64,000 nt of DNA from Candidatus Yanofskybacteria bacterium RIFCSPHIGHO2_01_FULL_44_17 (GTDB lineage Bacteria; Patescibacteriota; Minisyncoccia; 2-02-FULL-40-12; IGHO2-01-FULL-4-A). The stretch spans positions 2,650 through 66,649 of the forward strand of contig MGJI01000006.1 in the NCBI GenBank assembly GCA_001794195.1, given 5' to 3'. Position numbers and translations under genes: made by a program. This document shows positions 1-9,772 of this stretch, in pieces (the stretch's first letter is position 1; each line of letters starts with the position of its first letter). The notes under the pieces are model-generated. The model was not told the DNA's origin. It was given only the letters and a program-made list of their open reading frames with translations, and ran no database searches.

Positions 1-564
1 CTTGTCGTTTATTTTTCCTTATTTGGTTACCAAGCCGTTAAACGCAATATTCTTTGGGGTAAGCCGATTGAATTTTTTCAGGATATTTTGAAATACGAAC
101 CGCAAAGTGCCCGGGTTAATAATAATCTTGGCAATTTGTACTTCAACCAGGGAGACAGGGCTAAGGCGCTGGAGTATTATAGGCAGTCGGCGGAAGTTGA
201 GGACATTTTCCCTCAGCCGCATTTCAATATAGGCGGCATACTGCAGACTCAAGGTGATATCTTTGGCGCCATCAAAGAATATGAGAAGGCGATAGAGATT
301 GACCCCAGTTTTCACTATTCTTATCAAAATTTGCTGGCTCTTTATGCCGGTCAAGGAAACCTAACCAAGGCGATAGAATACGCCGATATTTTGAAACAGT
401 TAAGGCCTAACGACCCGCGTGTTTACTATAACTCTGCCTTGATATATTTGGCCCTAAATGACCGCAAGGCCGTTATAGAAAATCTTAATCGCGGGCTAGA
501 GGTGGTGGGGAGAGATTCCGAGGCCGAGGAGCTCATCAAGCAGTTGCTAGAGAGGATGAAATAA
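1..564 (+). CDS. TPR-repeat protein (5' partial, frame open from window start)
   Basis: Reading frame is open from nt 1 with no stop before 562-564. Repeated 34-aa TPR-like motifs (NLGNLYFNQGDRAKALEYYRQS, IGGILQTQGDIFGAIKEYEKAIEIDP, YQNLLALYAGQGNLTKAIEYA). Confidence 0.6.
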   Translation, partial: LVVYFSLFGYQAVKRNILWGKPIEFFQDILKYEPQSARVNNNLGNLYFNQGDRAKALEYYRQSAEVEDIFPQPHFNIGGILQTQGDIFGAIKEYEKAIEIDPSFHYSYQNLLALYAGQGNLTKAIEYADILKQLRPNDPRVYYNSALIYLALNDRKAVIENLNRGLEVVGRDSEAEELIKQLLERMK

Positions 565-596
565 GGCATAATTCATTGAGGCAATCTCCTAAGATA

Positions 597-824
597 GCTC
601 GGTGGATAATGCCTTCTGTCACCACTTGCAACCCCAGCGAGAATTCTACCACAGAATTTTTTTAACGCTTCGCATGGAATCTACGCTAAAATTCTGGGTT
701 GAGCCAAGCAGTTGGTTCAACCGCCGTCAAAAGTGTGGATTCAGCTCGCAATTAGGAAATTATACTGCTCGATGACCATGCAATCCACTCTTTTGACGGT
801 GCTATAAGGCATTAATCACCGAGC
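597..824 (+). repeat. Structured palindromic intergenic repeat, copy 1 (long variant, ~228 bp)
   Basis: Ends GCTCGGTGGATAATGCCTTCTGTCACC ... GGTGCTATAAGGCATTAATCACCGAGC are inverted repeats. The core (CACTTGCAACCCCAGCGAG, GTCAAAAGTGTGGAT, AAATTATACTGCTCG, ATCCACTCTTTTGAC) is shared with copies at 35681 and 41699, and this copy carries an extra ~85-nt internal insert. Confidence 0.6.
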
Positions 825-832
825 TATGTAAA

Positions 833-1384
833 ATGAATAAACAAATAACAATTTGGGTGCTGGCTCTAGCGGCAGGGATCGGCCTAATTTGGTTTTTTAA
901 TATTTCAAGAGAGGGATCGCGTGAACCAGAGGTCAGCATCAGTGCTTCAGCTACGCCTGTTATTTCAGCTACCCCCGAACCCAGCCCAGCCGCATCCAGG
1001 AAGCCCATTGTTAGCCAGCAGCCGGAAGTTATCAATAAGTACCCTCCGGCAGAATGCACTTTGACCGGCAGCATTACATTTTTATCGCCTACGTTATACG
1101 AAAACAAAGACGCCAACATTATTTATAAAAATATTGATAGTGTCGCCCGGCACATCATTTGGGCCGTGTCCCCTGGAGAAAATCTATCCGTGGGGCCCAA
1201 TCTTTTCGCCAGTTTACCTCTGCCTGACGGCACAGAGGATGTAACCGTAACTTTGCCGGAGAATTATACATCCAAGAACTATACTCTGACCGCTAAGGTT
1301 ACCTATGGGGTAATTATTAATAGGGACTTAGTAATTAAGGAATCTTCTTGCGTCGGTCAGATTCCCGTTACTGTTAAATTCTAA
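833..1384 (+). CDS. hypothetical secreted/membrane-anchored protein (N-terminal TM, Pro/Ser-rich linker)
   Basis: ORF with hydrophobic N-terminus (IWVLALAAGIGLIWFF) followed by a low-complexity segment (ATPVISATPEPSPAAS). No recognisable domain. Confidence 0.45.
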   Translation: MNKQITIWVLALAAGIGLIWFFNISREGSREPEVSISASATPVISATPEPSPAASRKPIVSQQPEVINKYPPAECTLTGSITFLSPTLYENKDANIIYKNIDSVARHIIWAVSPGENLSVGPNLFASLPLPDGTEDVTVTLPENYTSKNYTLTAKVTYGVIINRDLVIKESSCVGQIPVTVKF

Positions 1385-1385
1385 T

Positions 1386-2687
1386 ATGCAATTAAGGCTC
1401 AAAAAAAATTATATTGTTTTGATTTTGGTGGTTTTGGGTGCGGCTGGCTATCTTTGGATAACCAATTTTCAGTTAGTCAAAAAGATTGTCGGCTATAATG
1501 TACCTCAGACTACCCAGTTGCCGGTCGGACCGGGAGTAGATTTTCTTAAAGCGCCCGAAGGATTCAGGGTATCGGTTTTTGCCGAAGGACTGGCTGGCCC
1601 GCGAGTGATCGCCTTTGATCCAAGGGGGCGGGTGCTTGCAAGTGTTCCTAAGGAAGGCAAGGTTTTAGTTTTAGAAGACCAGGACAATGACGGCTTCGCC
1701 GAGATCAAGCGCGTTGTATTACAGGGACTGCGTCTGCCGCATGGTTTGGACTTCTATACCGACCCCAAGAGCAAAATTGCTTATTTATACGTAGCCGAAA
1801 CGCATCAAGTTAGCCGTTTCGTTTATAATGTGGTTGATGGTTCGGTGCCGAGTGCCATTAGTAAAAATATTGCCAACCTGCCGGCTGACGGGAGGCATTT
1901 TTCGCGGACGATTGCTTTTGGTCCGAATTTTAGAAAAGCCCAGATTATAGCCGGAAAGAGCGAAGTTGATACTCAGGTTCCGGTTAAGTTATATATAAGC
2001 GTTGGTTCGTCTTGCGATGTCTGCGTAGAAACGGAAACCTGGAAACGGGCGGCGATATTAGAGTCTGATCCCGAGGGCAGTTTCACGGCGGAATTTGCCG
2101 GCGGATTGCGCAACAGCGTTTTTTTCACATTCCATCCCGAGACCAAAGAAATCTGGGCCACTGAAATGGGTCGGGATAATCTGGGCGATGAGTTGCCGCC
2201 GGATGAGGTGAATATCGTCAAGGTTGCCGATGAGGGCAATAAATTCGGCGCGCGCCGCTATGGTTGGCCGTTCTGTTACGGCAACCGTGTCAAAGACACG
2301 ACATTTAAATTTGATAAGATTACACGAACCGACTTGTCATCCAATTGTGTCGATACCGAGCCCGCGACCATTGAGCTGCCAGCCCACTCCGCACCCCTGG
2401 GCCTAGCCTTTATTACAAGCGATAAATGGCCCAAGGAGTGGCACAATGACCTCTTGGTGGCCTATCATGGCTCTTGGAACCGTAGCGAGCCTACAGGCTA
2501 CAAAATCGTTAGATTAGACGTAGATAAAAACGGAAAGAGTTTCGGTACTTCGGATTTTATATCTGGCTGGCTTACATCCGATGGCAAGACTCTAGGACGA
2601 CCCGTTGACCTAAAATTCGGCCCCGACGACGCCCTCTACATCTCCGACGACTCCTCTGGCACAATCTACCGAGTCGTGCCCCGGTAA
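1386..2687 (+). CDS. PQQ-dependent sugar dehydrogenase-like beta-propeller protein (soluble glucose/sorbosone dehydrogenase family)
   Basis: N-terminal TM anchor. Motifs typical of the GSDH family: EMGRDNLGDELPPDEVNIV...GNKFGARRYGWP and C-terminal GRPVDLKFGPDDALYISDDSSGTIYRV. Confidence 0.6.
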   Translation: MQLRLKKNYIVLILVVLGAAGYLWITNFQLVKKIVGYNVPQTTQLPVGPGVDFLKAPEGFRVSVFAEGLAGPRVIAFDPRGRVLASVPKEGKVLVLEDQDNDGFAEIKRVVLQGLRLPHGLDFYTDPKSKIAYLYVAETHQVSRFVYNVVDGSVPSAISKNIANLPADGRHFSRTIAFGPNFRKAQIIAGKSEVDTQVPVKLYISVGSSCDVCVETETWKRAAILESDPEGSFTAEFAGGLRNSVFFTFHPETKEIWATEMGRDNLGDELPPDEVNIVKVADEGNKFGARRYGWPFCYGNRVKDTTFKFDKITRTDLSSNCVDTEPATIELPAHSAPLGLAFITSDKWPKEWHNDLLVAYHGSWNRSEPTGYKIVRLDVDKNGKSFGTSDFISGWLTSDGKTLGRPVDLKFGPDDALYISDDSSGTIYRVVPR

Positions 2688-2775
2688 ATTGATTTTAGCT
2701 TGACCTTACATCCGCCGTTCTGCTACGGTGGAGGCACTCAAGATTTAACGTGGCGGGAGGGCCACCTAGATAGGC

Positions 2776-5559
2776 ATGCGATTATTGCAAAAGGTTTTGT
2801 TTATTACCGCGCTATTCGGCGGTGTTTTGTTATTTGGTCGTGGCGTTTATGCTGATACGCCTGTGGGCGGGTTATATTCAGCGAATCAGCACTGGACGTT
2901 GGCAGGCAGCCCATACATAGTTGAAGGTTTTGGCGAGGGAGTTGTCATACAATCCGGCGCAACCCTGACTATTGATCCGGGCGTAATCATAAAACTAAAA
3001 TCTGGTACCCAGCTTTGGGTTGATGGTACGGTTATCGCTCGCGGCACCGCAGAACGGCCAATTATTTTTACGTCCTTCTATGACGACTCCGTTGGTGGAG
3101 ATACGGATGGCCTAGGTCTGACTGCCGGTTCGCCCGGTGATTGGTGGAGAATTGGCGGTGGCCTTCCAAGCGGTAATCCGCGATTAGAATTTGACTACAC
3201 TCAGGTTCGCTTCTCCGCTCATGGTTTTGATTTGGTCTTAACAAGTTTGCCGATTACTGTAACGAACAGCGTTATTGAAAATGGCGGCTATGGTTTCCGA
3301 CTGAATCAAACCGGTAGTGATTTAATAATTGAGAATAATGTTATCCGCAACAACGGTTATGGTTTTTTCCTTAATCAAATTAACGACTCCTCTAATTTTA
3401 TAAAAAACAACATCGTTTCCGGCAACTCATTCCGCGGCGCCTACAACCAGACTCCCGGTGTCCCAGTCGATATGCGCAATAATTCATGGGGCGACCCCTC
3501 CGGCCCGCTTCATCCGACCCTGAATCCGGACGGTTTGGGCAATCAAGTTTCCGACGGCATCATCTTTGACCCATGGCTTGAGAAGGTGACAGCTCCGCCA
3601 ACAAAAACCCCGGTTATCATCGTGCCGGGGATTGCAGGAAGCGAACTCAAAGATGGCGGCGACTTAATATGGGCTGATCTAGATCAGATGTTCTTTGATA
3701 TTGGTGATCAGTTTATTACCGAAAAGTTGGGATTAGACGAAAGCGGACAGCCAGTGAACACAGAAACCCAGGTTGGGGAGGTGATCGAAAAGATTTTAGG
3801 CGGCGTGCCCATTCTCAATATTAATATTTTCGAAGCATTAACACTGCGTCTTTTCGGCACTGGTTACGTATTAAACCAAGACATATTCTTTTTCCCTTAT
3901 GATTGGCGTCTAGATATTAATGACACGGCCTCTGGCCTTGCCGATAAAATTGAGCAGGTAAAATCTCAAACCGGTGCGGAAAAAGTAGATATCATTGCTC
4001 ATAGCATGGGCGGACTCTTAACCAAGGAGTATATAAGGCAAAACGGCAAAAGCAGTATTGATAAGCTAATTTTTATCGGAACGCCACACATCGGTGCTCC
4101 TAAGGCCGGGAAAATCGTTCTTGCCGGTGACAGGATGGGCATACCCTGGTTAACGGCGGCAAGGATTAAGGAGATTGGCGAACACTCCGTTGCCGTCCAT
4201 GAACTTTTGCCCAACTCGTCGTATTTTATCGTGGCCGGGCCGTATATTAAAAATTCCGATGGCGATTTACTGGATTACGGGCAAACAAAACAACTGCTGA
4301 TTGAGCAAGGTTCAGCAACCGATGTTTTTAATGCCGCTGAAAACTTTTTTACCCATGGACTTGAAAATACTGATTTTACAGGTATTGACGCTTACAATAT
4401 TGCCGGCTGCAAAAACGAAACTCACGCCGGCTATCAAACCCGCGCAGATGGAACGATTGAGTTTATCAAATACCGCGCCGGCGATAAAACCGTGCCTTTG
4501 ATAAGCGCAAATGAGATTTCAATTCCCATTGAAAATAAATTTTATGTTACCAAGGGAACGCATGCCGAGCTTCCGAGCCGGCCGGGAATCCGTAATTTAA
4601 TCGCGGATATTTTAACGAATCAGCCGTTGACCAACTATGAGAATGTGTCTGCGGATAGCTCCGTTTGTGGCATAGAAGGACAGGAACTTATTTGGCGAAG
4701 TCCGGTTGATGTCCACATTTATGATTCGCAAGGTAGGCATACCGGGCCGATAGGCAATGATGCTATTGAGTATGGTATTCCTGAAATTGATTACGAAATT
4801 TTCGGACACGAAAAATTCATATTTGTTCCTTCCGATGCCGAAATATATCAAATTATTGCGCATGGTCTGGATGCTGGCACATTCGATCTTTCCATTCGCC
4901 AAAATGATAACGGAACTGTGACAGGGGCATCAGTTTTTAATGACATTCCGGTTACTGCCTCTTCTGAAGTTAAGCTGGTTTTAAGCGGTGGCAGCATAAT
5001 CAGCAATATCGAAGTTGACGAAGATGGAGACGGAACCTTTATTCCTGTTCCAGCCACATCATTTTTGAGCAGTCTTGAAGCAGAAGACACCACCCCGCCG
5101 GATATTGTTATTGTTTCTCCGACTTCCAAGTCATATGAGCGTTCGGAGGTTTTGCCGATAGATGTTTTGGTCAGCGATGATAATTCTGGTTTGCTTACAA
5201 CGGAGTTCATGCTAGATAACAACGTGGTTTTATATCCAAGGATTGATTTGTTTTTCTACTTTTTGGGTTCTCATTCCTTGGATGTTTCGGCGATTGATAG
5301 GGCCGGTAATACTGCAACCGCAAGTTTCAATTTTCAAATTATTGCGACCATTGATAGCACCATATCCGACATTAATCGGGCGTATGAGCTTGGTTGGATA
5401 AAAAAGAAGAGTGTTAGAAACGGCCTTATCCAAAAAATATCCGAGTTGTCGATATCCGCATTTATCAAACAGCTGGAAAGAGAGTATGCTAAGGGTAGTA
5501 TTAATGAACGGGCCTACAACTTGCTCAAAGAAGATGCGAGTTGGCTGTTAAATAAGTAA
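2776..5559 (+). CDS. large secreted multidomain protein: right-handed parallel beta-helix repeats + lipase/esterase (PGAP1/LCAT-like alpha/beta hydrolase, GHSMGG) + C-terminal Ig-like repeats
   Basis: Signal peptide (LFITALFGGVLLFGRGVYA). Repeated NNxIxxNGYGF beta-helix motifs. IIAHSMGGLLTKEYI nucleophile elbow (GxSxG). 927 aa. Confidence 0.6.
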   Translation: MRLLQKVLFITALFGGVLLFGRGVYADTPVGGLYSANQHWTLAGSPYIVEGFGEGVVIQSGATLTIDPGVIIKLKSGTQLWVDGTVIARGTAERPIIFTSFYDDSVGGDTDGLGLTAGSPGDWWRIGGGLPSGNPRLEFDYTQVRFSAHGFDLVLTSLPITVTNSVIENGGYGFRLNQTGSDLIIENNVIRNNGYGFFLNQINDSSNFIKNNIVSGNSFRGAYNQTPGVPVDMRNNSWGDPSGPLHPTLNPDGLGNQVSDGIIFDPWLEKVTAPPTKTPVIIVPGIAGSELKDGGDLIWADLDQMFFDIGDQFITEKLGLDESGQPVNTETQVGEVIEKILGGVPILNINIFEALTLRLFGTGYVLNQDIFFFPYDWRLDINDTASGLADKIEQVKSQTGAEKVDIIAHSMGGLLTKEYIRQNGKSSIDKLIFIGTPHIGAPKAGKIVLAGDRMGIPWLTAARIKEIGEHSVAVHELLPNSSYFIVAGPYIKNSDGDLLDYGQTKQLLIEQGSATDVFNAAENFFTHGLENTDFTGIDAYNIAGCKNETHAGYQTRADGTIEFIKYRAGDKTVPLISANEISIPIENKFYVTKGTHAELPSRPGIRNLIADILTNQPLTNYENVSADSSVCGIEGQELIWRSPVDVHIYDSQGRHTGPIGNDAIEYGIPEIDYEIFGHEKFIFVPSDAEIYQIIAHGLDAGTFDLSIRQNDNGTVTGASVFNDIPVTASSEVKLVLSGGSIISNIEVDEDGDGTFIPVPATSFLSSLEAEDTTPPDIVIVSPTSKSYERSEVLPIDVLVSDDNSGLLTTEFMLDNNVVLYPRIDLFFYFLGSHSLDVSAIDRAGNTATASFNFQIIATIDSTISDINRAYELGWIKKKSVRNGLIQKISELSISAFIKQLEREYAKGSINERAYNLLKEDASWLLNK

Positions 5560-5838
5560 ATGGTCAAGAAATATTTATTTGTAATTTTTGGTCCAATTGT
5601 TTTAGCCATATTAAATGGTTATGTTTCAAGTTATTATTTTTTTAGTTGGGGTTACGACAATAGAAATCAAATAAGCACCGTCCTGTTCGGCCTATCTTTA
5701 ATTGGTTCGGTGTTTGTTGTTATTAATAATGCTAAGGGTTCTAAAGAAAAAATCTGGTTCGCAGCCGCTGGCTTTATGTTGGCTATCAACCTTTTTATTA
5801 TCTACGCCATTCGTGCCCTCTCCAATTTCGGTTTCTAG
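5560..5838 (+). CDS. small integral membrane protein (paralog of 5875..6291)
   Basis: Three predicted TM segments. C-terminus ...ALSNFGF with the 15-nt string TTTCGGTTTCTAGCC shared with the next gene, including the stop codon. Confidence 0.4.
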   Translation: MVKKYLFVIFGPIVLAILNGYVSSYYFFSWGYDNRNQISTVLFGLSLIGSVFVVINNAKGSKEKIWFAAAGFMLAINLFIIYAIRALSNFGF

Positions 5839-5874
5839 CCGAACCTAAAACACCAAGGAAGCTTTCAAAAATAA

Positions 5875-6291
5875 ATGGATTTTTTCGATGCCCAACAAGT
5901 TTTATTGATTTACCGTTTACTTTTTATTGTGGGCGGCCTGTTTGTTTCTCGCATTATTCAGGTTGTTTTTAAGAGAATAAATAGGAGAACAGACGTTCAG
6001 GATCGTAAAATTTTAAGAAAAATTGTATTCACGTATTTGTTTATATTTCCGCTTCTTTGGATCGTTTTTGCTGAGTTTTTCTTGGGCATTGAGGACATTT
6101 TGATTAGAGACGGTTACAAATTTTATATACCATTTATTTTCGTATCAATGTTTTGGAGTATAATAACTTGGCTCTGGGTACCGCCACAAAGAAGGAGGAA
6201 AAAGCTCATTTATTTTCTAACATTTCTGGCGTACCTTGTGACTATCGGGGTGTTATTCAGTGCGTATAGTCTTTCTCATTTCGGTTTCTAG
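5875..6291 (+). CDS. small integral membrane protein (paralog of 5560..5838)
   Basis: Four predicted TM segments. C-terminus ...SLSHFGF. Confidence 0.4.
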   Translation: MDFFDAQQVLLIYRLLFIVGGLFVSRIIQVVFKRINRRTDVQDRKILRKIVFTYLFIFPLLWIVFAEFFLGIEDILIRDGYKFYIPFIFVSMFWSIITWLWVPPQRRRKKLIYFLTFLAYLVTIGVLFSAYSLSHFGF

Positions 6292-6453
6292 CCGGCGGAT
6301 TCTATTTTTTTCAAAAATCCTAGACCTAGACAGGGGTGGCTAGTTAATTTGAGCATGACGCGAATGCCCAATGGCACCTAAATTATTGGCCAACTGAGGG
6401 CAGCCCTCGGCAGGGATACAATTTCTTTAGAATTGATCTGAACAAATTAGTAA

Positions 6454-6717
6454 ATGAAATATAATAATTTCCATAAAAAATTGGTTAGATATTCCAAGGA
6501 CATCCTGGCTATCGTTTTAATTTTATGGGGAGTGGTCGCCTTTTTAACGCCGTTTACGCCGGGTTCTTGGCTTGTCTTTGTGGGGCTGTTCATTATTTTT
6601 GGCAGAAAGAAAACTCAAGACAGGTTGGCCCGAATAATTGGCAAGAAGTGGTTTGATAAACTTAAGGTTAAAAAGATATTCGAAGAGATACCCACAAAAC
6701 TAGACGGCAAAGCATGA
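6454..6717 (+). CDS. small membrane protein
   Basis: Two TM helices. ATGA overlap with the following gene suggests translational coupling. Confidence 0.4.
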   Translation: MKYNNFHKKLVRYSKDILAIVLILWGVVAFLTPFTPGSWLVFVGLFIIFGRKKTQDRLARIIGKKWFDKLKVKKIFEEIPTKLDGKA

Positions 6718-7508
6718 CAGAAACAATACTCGAAAAACTAGCTAGATTTGCCCAGCGTATCTGGCTTCCGAGATTCAAGAGAATCGAGGATGCGATTGGA
6801 TATAAGTTGATATTTCGGAATATTCCGAGTGATTATATAAACGGTTGGATGGCCTGTGAAATGACCAAGACCTGGAAGAAGTTTGGGCTTGACGTAGAAA
6901 GGGGCGCGAACTATTTCACCATGGGCAGTATTCACGATGGCGAATCCTCCCGATTCGACCCCGACTCAGTGAAATATCAATCTTGGCTAGGAGGATATAC
7001 CGTAAAGCTGGAGCACGAGGTGAATTGGACACCGGAAGATCATTTTAAACTTGCAGTCGCTGATCAAAACAACTGGCCGAGACACTATGGCGACCCAAGG
7101 CCTGTGACAGATATTGAAGGTTGGAATTTTGTTCCGGTAGGCGAGATCCAAATCGATCAACATTCGGGGCAGCTTTACGAATTTGGCTGTACCACGGATG
7201 ACGATGTTGGAAGTGGCTACAATACAATTAAACTCCGATTTACTTCTGCTTGGATAGCTGCTTCGTTTAATCTTTTAAATCCGGATTTAAAACTAAGAGG
7301 CGACGAATTCAAGCCACGGAAGTCTGACAAGGTGTACGGAAGAGTAAGGCTCTTGGGGTATTTTGCTATTTTTGATATCGCAGAGAGGGTGAAGGTCGTG
7401 CTTTATGGAAACGGATTTATTGACGAAAGAAAACACGTCAATACGTTTACGGTGTTAAAAGATAATCTGCTTAATGCCATAAAATTCTGCGAGATAGTCG
7501 CAGTATGA
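6714..7508 (+). CDS. hypothetical protein
   Basis: 264-aa ORF with 4-bp overlap to the upstream gene. No domain recognised. Confidence 0.45.
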   Translation: MTETILEKLARFAQRIWLPRFKRIEDAIGYKLIFRNIPSDYINGWMACEMTKTWKKFGLDVERGANYFTMGSIHDGESSRFDPDSVKYQSWLGGYTVKLEHEVNWTPEDHFKLAVADQNNWPRHYGDPRPVTDIEGWNFVPVGEIQIDQHSGQLYEFGCTTDDDVGSGYNTIKLRFTSAWIAASFNLLNPDLKLRGDEFKPRKSDKVYGRVRLLGYFAIFDIAERVKVVLYGNGFIDERKHVNTFTVLKDNLLNAIKFCEIVAV

Positions 7509-7560
7509 ATTTGGCTAAAATTACTCCAACATTCTCAAGAATGTTAGAATGTCGAGAATG

Positions 7561-9159
7561 TTATTTCGTTGTCAGTTGGAATTTTTTAATTAGTTCGAAA
7601 TTTTCGGGGGTTCTTTTTATGAAGATTGCCGTGGAGGCGTCGAGGTAGATTAGCGGCCAGTCAGGGTTTTGGGAAATATGGGACAAGAAGGTTCTGGCCC
7701 AGGGGGTCATATCTGTGTGGCCGAAAAAGATGTAGTTGATGCCATACTTCTCGGATAGCTGCTTCCATACTGCCGGGTTCTCCTGCATAGGTTTGTAGAT
7801 TTTTTCAAAAAATTCGATGCTATACGCCTCCGGCCGGCCGTCTACGAACACCTTGAAATCGGGACTTGTCCCGTTAGAAGTAGGGTCTCTTAGAGACCCG
7901 CTAGTTCTAACGGGATACAATTTCCATATTAGGAAACTGCCGATGTCAAAATTATTAAATACCGGCCCGTGAATTTTGTTTTCTTTGACAAAATTTAAAG
8001 CTGAACCTGCGCCTACTGGAATTGCCAGGCCGAATCTGTTTGGCCTGCCTGCCCAGCGCTGGAAACCGTTATTGACCGCACTCTTGATTAGGAGTAATTC
8101 TGCCAAGATTAAAATTGAGAGCAGACAGGCCTGAACGCCTCGTCTGGAAAGGATTCGTTTGGGTTGACAAGAGGCGAAGTTGAGAGTGACTATTGGTAGA
8201 AAAACCAGAGCATAGGGGCCGAAATTCCTGATCATTTTGCCGGCGAGGATTGTGAAAACGCTGGCCGCCAGAAACTCAAACACGATCTTTTTGTGGTTTT
8301 TGAAGGCAATAACAAAACTAATGATAAGCACAATCAGCGACAACTCAAATAGATAGATGTCACGCAGCTGGACGCCGTAATCAGTCAGGAAAAATATGTT
8401 CTGGTTTTCAACGATGCTGTAGCCGTAATCGCGTAAGATATTAATCGGTGCCAGCGCTCCCTTGATGAAATTGGGATTGATTAGGGTAGCGACGCAGGTG
8501 GCGATGAATATTTTTAGAACTAATCGGGCTTGTTCTTTTTGGTAGGCAAGGCGGTCAATCAGGAAAAATAAAAGAAGAGCCGGTCCCAGTGCGAAATAAA
8601 TATGCATATTGGTCCAAAATATCTGTAAGATCGGCAGGGCATAGAGCCATTTGTGCTCGTTGGAGTATTTAGCGCGCAAAATAGCAAATAAAAAGTAAGA
8701 CAAGAATAAATAACTGAATATCTCCGGCCTGACGTCGGTCCGACTTGAAAAAATAAACAGTGCCGGAATACCGGCCAGCAAAAATGGCCAACCGCCGGCA
8801 GTTTTCGGCAAGGATTTAAAAATCAAAAAGAAGGCCGCGACTATGACTCCGGCCTTGAAAACTATTAGGCCCTTAAGACCGATTAGGCCATTTAGCAAAT
8901 AAAAAACCACCTCGCTCAGCCAGTGGTGGTTTATGAAGGGATGGGCCGGTTCGGTAAAAGAAAAAAGATTGGTCTTATAGACGTTTTTTGTTTCCCAAAT
9001 AATCTGGCCCGATTTCAAATGCCGTCCGATGTCTTGGTTTATCGAGTTTAGGCTATGGACCGATAAAGCGGCGACCAGGACAAAAAATAGAATTATGGCA
9101 ATCCAGCGAAGAATCCTCATGTTTGATATTGTATCAGAAATCAGCCCACCCCTCATCAT
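7561..9159 (-). CDS. polytopic membrane protein, probable GT-C-type (ArnT/PMT-like) glycosyltransferase with C-terminal soluble domain
   Basis: About 12 predicted TM helices followed by a ~150-aa hydrophilic C-terminal domain. This architecture is typical of GT-C enzymes. Confidence 0.45.
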   Translation of the reverse strand: MMRGGLISDTISNMRILRWIAIILFFVLVAALSVHSLNSINQDIGRHLKSGQIIWETKNVYKTNLFSFTEPAHPFINHHWLSEVVFYLLNGLIGLKGLIVFKAGVIVAAFFLIFKSLPKTAGGWPFLLAGIPALFIFSSRTDVRPEIFSYLFLSYFLFAILRAKYSNEHKWLYALPILQIFWTNMHIYFALGPALLLFFLIDRLAYQKEQARLVLKIFIATCVATLINPNFIKGALAPINILRDYGYSIVENQNIFFLTDYGVQLRDIYLFELSLIVLIISFVIAFKNHKKIVFEFLAASVFTILAGKMIRNFGPYALVFLPIVTLNFASCQPKRILSRRGVQACLLSILILAELLLIKSAVNNGFQRWAGRPNRFGLAIPVGAGSALNFVKENKIHGPVFNNFDIGSFLIWKLYPVRTSGSLRDPTSNGTSPDFKVFVDGRPEAYSIEFFEKIYKPMQENPAVWKQLSEKYGINYIFFGHTDMTPWARTFLSHISQNPDWPLIYLDASTAIFIKRTPENFELIKKFQLTTK

Positions 9160-9529
9160 TTCTCGAGAACACTGCTTGTCTCCTAATTTTTCTTACAACA
9201 TCATGTCTTCCTACAAATTATGCAAAACTCGCTAAATTGTCGGACACAGACCAGTTCTCCGTTTGCCGCTTGAAAACTTCAGCTAAAGCTTCGTTTTCTG
9301 CGCGTTTTCCGACTAGTCTTAGTGTTACCCGACAATTCTTAACGCTCGCTTTGCTAATTTATCAGTCGACAGATGAATGACGAAAAATTAGAAGACTCGC
9401 TTTGTCTAAACTCTCGAAATGACGAGGAGTTTGTCTTCTCAATATCTTAGAGCTTATCTTGACCCTAGCTTTCTAATTTTTGAGGAATGCGACGGTCTAA
9501 AACCCTTATTTTACAATGACTTTTGAGGG

Positions 9530-9558
9530 TTGACTTTGCTATGATAATTTGATATAAT
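9530..9558 (+). promoter_or_regulatory. sigma70 consensus promoter (TTGACT - 17 nt - TATAAT)
   Basis: TTGACT at 9530-9535, a 17-nt spacer, and TATAAT at 9553-9558, directly upstream of a ~200-nt hairpin-rich leader and the GC-rich ORF at 9773. Confidence 0.55.
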
Positions 9559-9772
9559 TAAGAGTGTAAATTAGCTCTTTTATTTAAGATACTTGCGATT
9601 GATGAATGAAGATGAAGAAATACTGAGGGTACCAAGCCGAATGTAAGTCAGTCATAGCCAAAAGCCCTTGATTTGCCAAATGGCAGAGGAGATCTTCTGG
9701 CTATGACTGCGACTACGAAGCGGTCTAGCAGAAGCAGCGTGCCCATCAAGGGCGAGCTGCAAAGAGGATATC

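Noticed and set aside
2690-2775. CCGCCGT-TCTGCT-ACGGTGG hairpin between genes considered as a terminator or riboswitch.
   Set aside because: It has no downstream T-tract and an imperfect stem. There is insufficient evidence beyond a generic intergenic hairpin.
9029-9380. ORFs 9029..9235 and 9123..9380 in the 600-bp gap upstream of the GC island.
   Set aside because: They have no RBS and a low-complexity hydrophobic translation. The region is more plausibly promoter or UTR for the divergent membrane-protein gene and the island.
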